Shown piece by piece: positions 12,975 through 23,212 of a stretch of 43,052 nt of DNA (positions are counted from its first letter, which is position 1; every line of letters starts with the position of its first letter). Where the stretch lies: assembly GCA_040437565.1 (NCBI GenBank), contig JBDOQK010000057.1, positions 186,001 to 229,052 on the forward strand, given 5' to 3'. The position numbers and the translations under genes are program-made. This stretch comes from Albugo candida. Lineage: Eukaryota. The notes beneath the pieces were generated by a model that was not told the DNA's origin, searched no databases, and saw only the letters and a program-made list of their open reading frames with translations.

Positions 12975-13124
12975 CTTTGAGGCGTTTTCTGCGAGCACCC
13001 AAGGACTGGCCGAAGACACTCCAACCACTCTACGTTCGAGATCCCGATTCCGCGGGATCTCGAACGTAGAGTGGTTGGAGTGTCTTCGGCCAGTCCTTGG
13101 GTGCTCGCAGAAAACGCCTCAAAG
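12975..13124. repeat. Perfect inverted repeat, 72-bp arms with 6-nt loop, ending at an assembly gap
   Basis: 12975-13046 is the exact reverse complement of 13053-13124; loop ATTCCG; N-run starts at 13125. Confidence 0.97.
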
Positions 13125-13224
13125 NNNNNNNNNNNNNNNNNNNNNNNNNNNNNNNNNNNNNNNNNNNNNNNNNNNNNNNNNNNNNNNNNNNNNNNNNNNN
13201 NNNNNNNNNNNNNNNNNNNNNNNN

Positions 13225-13932
13225 ATCAGTTTTTCTCCTCTCGACCACGTTGGACGCATATTGCATGTGCAATCGTACCAGCACTACGGTCGGATTGGAA
13301 AGACTATTTCGACATTATCTCAGATTTATGGCTTGCATTGCAAGCGGGGACACTGCACTTCGTCTGGATAGATCGGAATCGTCGTTTGTTCGATCATCGA
13401 TCAGCAACTCCGACAGTTCCAGCACGTTCCATCATTTACACCACGATTAGTGCGCACGTTCGGTACTTTCGACGACAGTGTTACGACCAAGAGGAACGCA
13501 GTCGGCTTGCAAAGGTGCTGGATCAACTCGTAAAGCAAGGATCATATGGTGGATTTTTCAGAAGCCGAAGATCATTACTGCGGGTACGGCACAGACGAGT
13601 GGAAATGCTAGTGCAACTCAGATCCTAGTCTCAGTTGGCTGATTATGCTCACCGTAGTGTGGCGCACACCAATTTGCAAACCACGGTACTTTTGGACCAT
13701 TTTTACAACTTTACAACTTTACAGCTTTACAGCATTTACAGGCTGGACACAGTCTCGTATTAAGGGTGCTGAGGCTGCTACTACGATACGAGATTCTCAA
13801 CGAGAAGCCATCTTATCAGCTCTCACAGGTATTTCACGAAACGTTTTTTATATGTTTATATGTTATTTAAGATAGCCTAGGCAACTAGAGAAGTCAGTTA
13901 GTCTAATTCTAGTAATATAGGCACCTTCAACT
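13225..13932 (+). mobile_element. 3' end of an L1/Tx1-like non-LTR retrotransposon (ORF2 C-terminus to 13628, then 3' UTR)
   Basis: Open frame ...LWLALQAGTLHFVWIDRNRRLFDHRSATPTVPA... carries the W-x-x-RN-x-x-x-F motif typical of LINE ORF2 C-termini. Homologous copy at 35858-36349. Confidence 0.82.
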
Positions 13933-16231
13933 GGACCCCCCCTAAGCGCAGCTTTGTGTAATTGCTTAATGAATATTGCCTAATTTCCTCGATTTATTTG
14001 TACTAAATTACGACTCTTTCTATCTCCCGACCGCGGCACACCACTTTCACCCGCTTTACATTAACAAAATGTTTTGCACCGCTCATGTACCCACATCAGA
14101 GAGGGGTTGTGTTGTAAGCTATCATGTTTGTACACCAGTATGTATTTTTGTCTTAGAGTAGTACGGCATACAGTGCATCGTTAAGCAACAACCTGCATAC
14201 AAATACGTTCAAAATTTGAGCGTATCTTACTATTTATTTATTGCTTTCTTACTAATGGGGTTAGACAGAGGTTCTCTATGATAAATGAGCAATAGCATTG
14301 TTGAGAAGAGCTGAAGTTGTAATTTATTCAGCTTAACAAATCGATTGTGTAGCAATCGCGCAGAGTTGTCCTTTTCTAGTCGATTTCATCACGCAGACTA
14401 CATGTTGACTATCTTTTTCCAGCTGAGCAGGACAGAGCCTCCATAGATGAACCGATTTCTGTGGTGATCGTATTCTGTCGCGACATGCTATCCACCACCT
14501 GTACTTACTAAATCTTGTAACTTGCGTACTAAGGGCCATTTTCCTCACCAATTAGGGGCTTTTGAGAGCCTACCTCAGTGTGGAGTGCTTGAAACATACG
14601 CAATTTTTCATTGTCAAGGATACTTGCTTACAAGCACTTCACACTGACATCGGCTCAGAAAAGCTCCTTTTTGACATGTACCATCATTATCGCTATGCAT
14701 TGTTGAGATCACGCTGCTTATTTTTAGGTAGAGAGACCGGGTCGTTTTGCTGCAAGTTAGGTGACAAGTTAGGTGACAAATGAATCTAATGAAAATTCTG
14801 CATAAACGTGAAATTTGAAGAATTGTAAGCTCGATCTTTTTGCCACTTGCTCTTGCATGTACTTTGAGTGCTGTGCAATATCTAATTCTTCTGATCGCAT
14901 GAAATCTATGTACAATAGCCATGTTATTTTCAGAGATCGAATCTATCTCGCATATTCGATGTACCAGCTAGTAGATAAGAGGGCAGGTTCCTTGTTCTTA
15001 CTATCCTTGTCACGATGAAGGCCTGGGCTGCACGACAGGTAAAGAAAGACTTCAACGACGATGCCACGGTAGAACAGCAATAACAACATACGGTGCTTTT
15101 GAAAAGCGGCCCTTAATGTTTCACGTAGTCACACTTATATTGAAGCGTATTAAATATGTTGATGTGACTAGATACCACCGGAATTGGGCTCTTAACGCTT
15201 GACGTGACAAGCAACCGCATCCGTTTCGTAGAGTAGGTATATTGTGTCGGAGTTTAATTCGAGAAGAACTCGTATTGATTTATCGTGTCCTGGTAGATCT
15301 TGCCTCAGAGATTGAAAAATGAAGCAATCTGTATCCCACTTTCTTTTCTTTAATGAATGATACATAGCTGTATGACGCCGGACGAGCTGAATAGAAAGTT
15401 TAGGCTTGTATAATTTAAAAGCGTGCGTTAGCGGAAGGGCATTGATACATGTTGGATAACAATCTATGTACAGAAAGAACTTTGATTCCTGACTCAGAGA
15501 CCAAGATATGACCTCATTGCGTCAAAGAGCTATGATTCTCAGAGATGCATGCAAATCGACTATATTTGCTTCACTACTATCACAGCCTCATAAAAAGGAT
15601 ATTCTCGTAGCATTGCACAAGTATTTATTAACCTCGAATATGTAAGAACACCCCGTCAAGCGCGGCTGGAGGAAATCGCGTACATCAATGATTACGCAAT
15701 AGGAAGAACAGAGGTGTTCTGGTTACAATGAATTATCGAAGTTTGCTCGAATCAATTTTTGCGCTAAGTTTCAGTGTAGTAGTATTTTGCTTGATTAGCA
15801 TCACCAGCACAAAGATGAGGATACGAGGTGGTCGTCTTTAGTCGCTCAACTAAATCAAGAAACATCACAACAAAGTCAGCTGCTATGAGCGGGCAAAATG
15901 ACACCCTATCGAACACTCCATTATAACAACCTTAGTCAACGCTACGAGTGACAACAAACACTGACACTCGTGTAACGCAGGCGGACATATAGCACACATG
16001 CCCTCTAAAGTTACCTTATCCTAGGGGTGGATTATTATCGCATTGTACATTCTTCAATTGTTTGTGTGCTTTTCAGATGTTCATATTTTTGGAAGCATAT
16101 AAATAAACCATTACCACGGATATCTAGAGGATAAGACAGCATCTTTGTCGCCGCAGCCTGCTCAGAAGCATCTGAGGCCCTCTATATCGTTTTCTGTATG
16201 CGAAGAGCGTTTGAGTCCACTTGAATATCGA

Positions 16232-16411
16232 TTATTGAGCGTGAGGATGAATCTTCCAGCTGGTAATGTCATCCTCCAAGTTGATATCGAGATCCTTGGC
16301 AACCTGAAGCATATCTTTGTTTCTACGGCCACTGATATTGACGACGATGACTTTGGTTTCGTCCAATTCGCTTGCTAGTTCCATGCCAAATGAAACTGCA
16401 TGAGCTATTTC
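16232..16411 (-). pseudogene. trpB: C-terminal fragment of tryptophan synthase beta chain
   Basis: EIAHAVSFGMELASELDETKVIVVNISGRRNKDMLQVAK matches the TrpB C-terminal signature E-x-x-HA...IVVNLSGRGDKD (GD changed to RN); stop at 16232-16234. Confidence 0.85.
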
Positions 16412-17909
16412 GGGATACTGGAGGGCGCCAGACCAGGAAGCGTCATTGCGCACTTTGTTTTGTCAATCTTTATCCTCACCAGCTGAATTTCTTTTTGTCC
16501 CATCGCTTCGTCCACGCATCTTTGATTTTGGATAGGATAAAAGATTCAGCGGGTTGCACTAGATGATTCGCGTTTGCTGGGAAAAATCTCGACTCGATGT
16601 TCAGCTCTTGTAGCGCAGCGTTCACCTCCAGTGTTTGACCATGTCCACTGTAGTTGTCGACCCACAGGATTATTTTTCTCTGTCCATTCTTCTTTTTGCT
16701 CACGAACTTTTCCGCGAGCCACTGTGCGAAGGCCGATGAGGTCATAAACCCTTTTTTCGCTCTACGATAGGTCACGCCTGATAATAATCCGGGCACAACA
16801 AAATAAGACACAGAGTTACATTTGTCAGGGCCGAAATACAAAAAAGTCAAAAATCAAATGGGAAATCATACCAGCAAAGCTGTCGGGAACGCCACACTTC
16901 GGATAGCTCCAGTCTATATTCGAAAATATCATCCTGGACACACCGATTTGTGCTAATGTCCCTCCAGTGACATGCACGATCATTGTCATCTCAGTCGTCC
17001 CTGAAAGGACATCTGCATACCGGATATTTTGCTCTCCTCGTGCACCCAGGGTCCGAAATTATCCATATCGATGATAAAGTGCATTTCGTCCATGTTCTCC
17101 ATGTGCGTCTCGGAGAACTCGTCAGACGCCAAACCTCGCTGTACAATGCCTGGATGGAACGCTACCTCCTTTTGATGAGCAGTTCCTTCTGCGAGCTGAG
17201 CCGCTTTTTTGCCTGCTTGTCACCGTTGTACGAAGTTGAAGCGATCCTGGAAGCTCTGGACTCAGCGGTGGTTGAGGCTATCGTACGGTTCCACTTGCGC
17301 CCCCAGGGGCACAAAATGTCGCGCATACACTGGGTGCTCGGAAACGGACAGGAGATGCTTGGTGACGGTGAGTAGCAGCGAGGGCGATACCTTGAGGCCG
17401 GCTTTCGCATACGGTGGAACTCGTCATGCAGCTCATTATGCCGCCAATCGGTCCATTGGGCACGCTTACGGTCACGACCAGGAAGAGACTTCAAGAGCAC
17501 TTTATTCCTGATGCCTGGTTGCACCGCCTGCATGGAGTGGCGATGCGTGGAGCTTTCGCACGCGGCAGCAAAGACGTCACGATTTGCCCACCAACGCGAC
17601 ACTTTCATGAAATCCGCAGACGAAGAAGCGGCCTTAAAGCACTCAGGAAATTGGTTGAGAGTTCTTTGGAACAAAACCGCGTGTCTTCCGTATTCGCTGT
17701 TATCATCCATTTTACGACCTTTAGCTTCTCTTGCATGGGGACCACGTGCTGAATTTGGCGCTTACGCTTTTCGCCACCCGCCAGTGCTCTTGATCGCTTG
17801 TGTCTTGTGGTGGTGCAGTGGCGTGGATGAACGGTGGGTCTTGGAGCGGGGCACGATCAGCGAGAGCAGCGACGCTTTTGCGCTCAGCGAGCGCGCGCGC
17901 TCGCTCCAT
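16412..17909 (-). pseudogene. pogo-like (DDE_1, Tc1/mariner superfamily) transposase pseudogene with intron; 5' boundary approximate
   Basis: HTH-region remnants, then ENMDEMHFIIDMDN / RTLGARGEQNIRYADVLSG / GVPDSFAG-VTYRRAKKGFM / IILWVDNYSGH / FFPANANHLVQPAESF; frameshifted. Confidence 0.9.
16778..16871 (-). other. Spliceosomal intron (94 nt) in the pogo-like transposase
   Basis: G|GTATGA...CCCTGAC...TTATCAG|GC; removal restores the in-frame PDSFA-G-VTYR. Confidence 0.8.
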
Positions 17910-18805
17910 GGCGGACGATGAGACCAGTTCAGCGGTTTGGATTGGGGTGCGAGTCGGTGTTCATGGCGCTGTGGTGCTCGTTGAAAGCTTTGGATTGCGT
18001 GCCAGTCCTTTAGTTACCACGTGTCACACTGATTTTGCGGGCATATAGTGTTAGTTTTTGGCGACGAGATTGAGACACATAAATAGTGTTACGAGCTCTA
18101 ACTTTGGAGCCGTGGAACTCGCTATCTTGAAACACAGCTTAAAGCGATCGAAACTGAAGTGCATTTTTAGACATAGCTTTGTCACTGCTGCACTATGTGA
18201 GACATGTCTCCAGAAAAAAGTGACATCGCCTTAATGGAAAAGTATTTTTCTATTTTGCCGTCGATTTAGTCATCTCTATGTGATAGTGACATCAAATTCT
18301 GATAATTTCATCAGGTCTTTAACAATTTCGAGAATCCATCACTATCCTTTCAAACCATCTATGCAAGGTTTTTAGGCAAAAAATTTCCTTTCAAGTGGTT
18401 CCGTCGGATGTAATCGAAAACGTCCCATTAGCGGTGGAAAAAATGCAGGTGACTACCCAGGAGATATCAACAACAACAGAAAAAGATTCTGAAGAAATCG
18501 AGAGAATTGTGAAGAAACTAAACAACATATATTTGGTTTCTCAGTGACATCCCACTACTCAGGCACTCGGGAAGAATGGTTGCGCTTGCTGGGGTTGTTT
18601 GGTCAAAACATACGAAGGAATGGTTGCTTTGGATAGTTTCAGATCCGATCGAGAAAAAAAGTTTCTCATCTACGTATTCACCAAAAAAATTTATTTGCTA
18701 AAAAGGCGGGCCCGTGCTCTTCTCATTGCGGTGACATCAGAGAAAGCACAGAGTGTAACTTAAAACCCATTCATTCAATAAATTTGGCCCCTCCAGAAAA
18801 CGCTT

Positions 18806-19672
18806 TTGAATAAATGGAGCGAAAAAGACCCGAGAATTCACAGTCTCACAGTCCCACACGGAGAGCCCGGGTTGCTTCCTTGTGCGGCAGTCTCCAAATC
18901 CAAAGTGCCTTCAATGCTTCCGGGGGGAAGCGGCATGGGATCTGTCACCAGTCACGTTCTTGGTAGAACTATCCAAACACTTGAAGTTGCTGACAACTCG
19001 GAATGCCCTTTCAGAAAAGTTTCTGGCTGCGAAGAAATGGAGCTTATGCCTGGTATTATGTGTGGATTTGAATCCGGGCGCGTAAAAGTGGATTTCGATA
19101 TAAACTTGGCATTCAGTGAAGAAAATCAAAGCTCACCAATTTCAAATTCGAAGAAGCCCAAACTTGTCCATGTCGCAAAGGTGGTTGTGTTCATGTGGCA
19201 CCTACAACCAGAAGATACAGAAGTATCAGAACTCTACGAATGCTTTTTGTGTCTGACGCGTAAGCGCAAAGTAGTTCTCATCTCTGTGGCCAAGCGATAC
19301 CTATGGATGGTAGTATCTGATCAAGCGAAGCAATTATCGAACCGCGATCAATGCGTCGGAAGGCTGATAGAAGGAGCGGAATTTGCGTATAATCTATTTC
19401 TTCGACAAGTACTATCTCTACATGTAAAGGACTTCTTCGATGTCGCTGGATCAAAAAACAGAATCATGGAACAGATTCATTTCAAGCTAGCGGAAAAAAC
19501 TAAAATTACATTAAACGCGTATACGAATGGTTTGAGAGGGCATGCTTTGAATGGTTTAAACGGAAGCGTGAAAGAGGCGCATTTATCTGCTGTCCTACAA
19601 AATGGTCATATACCCCGACTAATAATCTTTCGACAGGAGCCCAAGTTTCAAACTGCAAAGCAATCGATTTAG
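18806..19672 (+). CDS. Uncharacterised ORF (288 codons from TTG; first ATG ~18914)
   Basis: Longest uninterrupted ORF in the window; no motif I recognise. Confidence 0.35.
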   Translation: MNKWSEKDPRIHSLTVPHGEPGLLPCAAVSKSKVPSMLPGGSGMGSVTSHVLGRTIQTLEVADNSECPFRKVSGCEEMELMPGIMCGFESGRVKVDFDINLAFSEENQSSPISNSKKPKLVHVAKVVVFMWHLQPEDTEVSELYECFLCLTRKRKVVLISVAKRYLWMVVSDQAKQLSNRDQCVGRLIEGAEFAYNLFLRQVLSLHVKDFFDVAGSKNRIMEQIHFKLAEKTKITLNAYTNGLRGHALNGLNGSVKEAHLSAVLQNGHIPRLIIFRQEPKFQTAKQSI

Positions 19673-21099
19673 CCATAACTGATATAGCCTTGACCAAACG
19701 TGTTCGCTGATATGCACATATCTCAATGCTCAGCCAGCTTAGTGATAAAAGCACGTATGCCACACTCAAAATCCGCGTATTATGTGTCCACGCATCGCTT
19801 ACACCCAGACGACTTTTTTGCCTTTACTTAGGAAGGATGGCACGCCTCAGCCTTTAGCCTGTGCCCATTGGTCACACACGACCCCCAGTGGTGACCCCTC
19901 TGNNNNNNNNNNNNNNNNNNNNNNNNNNNNNNNNNNNNNNNNNNNNNNNNNNNNNNNNNNNNNNNNNNNNNNNNNNNNNNNNNNNNNNNNNNNNNNNNNN
20001 NNGCTTAGTGATAAAAGCACGTATGCCACACTCAAAATCCGCGTATTATGTGTCCACGCATCGCTTACACCCAGACGACTTTTTTGCCTTTACTTAGGAA
20101 GGATGGCACGCCTCAGCCTTTAGCCTGTGCCCATTGGTCACACACGACCCCCAGTGGTGACCCCTCTGCCCATTGGGCAATTGAAGGCATAGGCTGGCAT
20201 AGGTTTTCACAGGACAATATACCATACGATACTCGACTCATCACTTAGACAACGTGATATCTCATCGAGGTTTTCGCAGATATAGGTGAGCCCTCATACA
20301 TTGAATAAGGTTTAAGGTGCGAGCATGTCTCCAAAGCTTCAAGAATGTAACGCCATCACAATATGCTCGAACATCGTTATGACCTACTTTAGGACTAGCA
20401 GGATGTTTTCAATGTCAGCAAAGACCCGTAAGAGATTCTGTCTCCAGAAATTGAGATCCTCACCATATCCTCTTCGCCTTGTAGCTTAATGAATTCATGT
20501 CAATTCCAGTCTATTTTTTATCATCCGCGTCTTTATGCCTCTCCGAAGCCGATTCTTGAAGTTTATTCTTATTCTGAGTGCTTTTCGTTTTGGCTGTCAG
20601 AAGCGCCATTACTACGGTGCTGATCAAGTCAACTAGGTCTCCTATTTTTGTCGTTCTTGCTCCCGCAAGAACGACTGCCAAACAACATATGGCCACTCTG
20701 TCGATGGTTCCTGTTACTATATGACGCAGCACCGTTGGAAGCAAGACCAGTCTTTGAAGATTTATTTTCGTCTTCCTCCTTATAATGCTGAGCCAGAGTT
20801 CTAGCATTGTCTCTGCTGCAACACGCTCCACGTCTCTCCTACGTGTAGCGTCTAGTCCGGAAGAAGTGATGCATAATCCTCCTTGATGTTTATCTTCCAT
20901 TGACGAGCCTTGTTCGAATTCGGCAAGCATACAAAATGTTTCCTCGTCTTCTAAAGCAGCGACGCCATCACTATGTTCGTTGCTTTCAGCGTTTTCGTTT
21001 TCTGCTATGTCAATATCTCTCTGAAGAGTGGCCCCATAGTCCTTTTTCACTGCGCTGTTCCTCTTGTGAGGATCACCTCTTCCCTCGACTTCCTCGAAT

Positions 21100-22984
21100 T
21101 CCACCTGTCGTGTCTTTTCCAGTGAAAGGTATCTTTTCAACCGACAGATTTATTTCAGCGTAGAGGTAGACATGTAATTGCGTGATTTGTTATGCTAATA
21201 TCAAGGAGTGAGAACATTCTCTCGATATACGCTACGTGAGGTTCGATCCCATGTACATGAATAGCGAGCTACCGAAGTCATTCAATGCCCGGTTTTTTAC
21301 TCTTGACATGTCGTCACCACTCAGTTGGATATGTGACTACGCCATCAGAATTAGCAAAATTTCCTACACCCTTAGAGTAATCCCAGACAGCTTCTCTCAT
21401 ATCTCGCACTTCTGCTTTGGTAAATCTCCATACAGAGGCGAAAAATATGATATCCGCGCATATGCATCCTTGGTATTGTATAGCTCGGATGATATAGCCT
21501 AGCTTTTGTACTCTGGATGCAGAAATAGGACAACGACATATATGAGGTTGCGGAAATACTTCTCGAAGCGTCTGTGAATGGTGGAAAGGCAATGCTGCTT
21601 TAGTTCTCCATATAACAATGTTAAAGTCCAATAGAGCTGTTGCCTTGTATATAACCAGAAAACGGAGCAAACAGTCAGCTAAAGTAACTGCCATCTATTC
21701 TGATTCAGCAATTGTGTCAAATATAATCCTGGTAAGCTTCAGACACATCTCGTTGTTTCCGAAATGTGCTCGATCGATGATGATATCATTACCATCTTGC
21801 GGAATCGAAAGATAATCTCCATTCTTACTTTTCTCCAAGCAGTATCGAAATGCTGGTTCATGCTCGTGAACAGACCGAAAAACATTAACCACCGAGTACA
21901 AACGCATTTCGTAGAATTTCTCTTTTTGGTTGGTTCCATTACTTTTGGCCCAGAAATCGATTGCAGCCACCAGTACTGAGACCCTTTCAAGTATGGAATT
22001 AGACAACAGCTTTTCTACAATGCATTTTTAGGGATGCCGTTACTCAGGTAACTGTATACCAGAAGGTTCGCAGCATGAGCGAAGCATCCAAGCTCCATAA
22101 TATGAGGTAGTAGTCGCCTTAACTTCTGCATCACAGCTGGATTGTGTGTTACGACAGCCCTAAGCTTTTGCATACCAATTCCCAATCTGTGTAAAACCTG
22201 CCCTGTCTGATCTTTCAGATTTTCTGCCGTGTATCTCATCGAAGAAAAGTCGACAATATCAAGAATGAAAGACTGTTTCATGTCCCTGCACGACTCTATA
22301 AATGCGAATATAGATCATCCTTTGCGGTCCTCCCAGCCATACAGGGACAGGGTGAAATCATTTTGACCTTCCAGTTTCTCCAACATTTGTAAAGAGCAAA
22401 ATGCTGCTTGCTGAGGAAGAAGTTTGTTGATCATTTTCCACTTTGAAGGGACATTATAGGCTGGATGAATTGACTTCATGAAGCGTCGAAAGAAAATGTT
22501 CTCTATGAAAGAGAATGGAATTCCCCCATCTATGATGGATATTTCAAAAGCGCATCATAATTCTCTTGTTCTGCAGTTGTTAATTTCAAGACATCAAAGT
22601 ATGAGCTGAGAGCGGTATTGTCCCAATTTGTTTCTTGAAGTAGGATATAAACGCTCACTTTGCACTCCATCAATCTTTTTTCGGCTGATAGGATCCTCTT
22701 CTAATGCAAACTTCTGTTTCGAAGCCAGCATCGTGTAGGTTAGGTGCCTGTCATATGGGAGTATCTCCTTACAGTTCCCGCTGTGGGAGAGCATTCTTTC
22801 TATTCGTCCATCCAGTTCGAAATGATAGAACTTGCACTTCGCTCGCGCTCGCCTTGTGACCGCGTTTTTCTCTGTCGACTCATAATGAAATTCTATACCA
22901 TTGCCATGAATTTCACCCCTAGTTGCTTTTCGTTCTAGCCACACTGTCCTTTAGAATGTCTTCAATATCCATCCACTTGCCCAT
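21100..22984 (-). pseudogene. hAT-superfamily transposase pseudogene
   Basis: BED-finger-like RAKCKFYHFELDGRIERMLSHSGNC, LSLYGWED (decayed DGW), AVVTHN, LGCFAHAANLL (CxxH), RLYS, and dimerisation-domain LAIHVHGIEPHVA / IERMFS (21209-21226) / NKSRN. TIRs not identified. Confidence 0.88.
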
Positions 22985-23078
22985 TTTTATAGATGCGATT
23001 GAATTTGCCGTGTGCTGCTCGATTTTCGCTATAGTATCGTCTCCAGATCTGATAGAACACTGCTGCGCATTGTGATAA

Positions 23079-23212
23079 TGATATTTATTGAAGAACATTA
23101 GAAGTCTACTTATAGCCACCAATCAAAGATTATGCACCGTACCACACTATCTTATCTTTCCACAACATGGCGATAGGCATGTTGCAGAGCAATTACGGTT
23201 TACACTCCAACA
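23079..23212 (-). repeat. 3' LTR of Copia-C (134 bp)
   Basis: Starts TGTTGGAG after the PPT; ends ACTTCTAATGTTCTTCAATAAATATCA, similar to the end of the 5' LTR. Confidence 0.75.

Noticed and set aside
13830..13850. CGAAAC in the LINE 3' UTR as a hammerhead ribozyme core
   Set aside because: No CTGANGA box in the required position and no three-stem junction found.
14095..14125. AGAGAGGGG followed by TGTAAG as a gypsy PPT and LTR start
   Set aside because: No second LTR and no gypsy coding remnant found.
14753..14779. CAAGTTAGGTGA x2.2 as a telomere-like repeat
   Set aside because: Only two units and not TTTAGGG or TTAGGG; a simple slippage duplication.
19506..19769. Minus-strand ORF with a hydrophobic N-terminus
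   Set aside because: TTG start with no ATG at that position, and antisense to the longer ORF.
19737..20168. 166-bp exact direct repeat across a gap (likewise 28627-28858 and 32977-33642)
   Set aside because: Each pair is identical and abuts a 100-N gap on both sides, which indicates unmerged contig overlaps rather than biological repeats.
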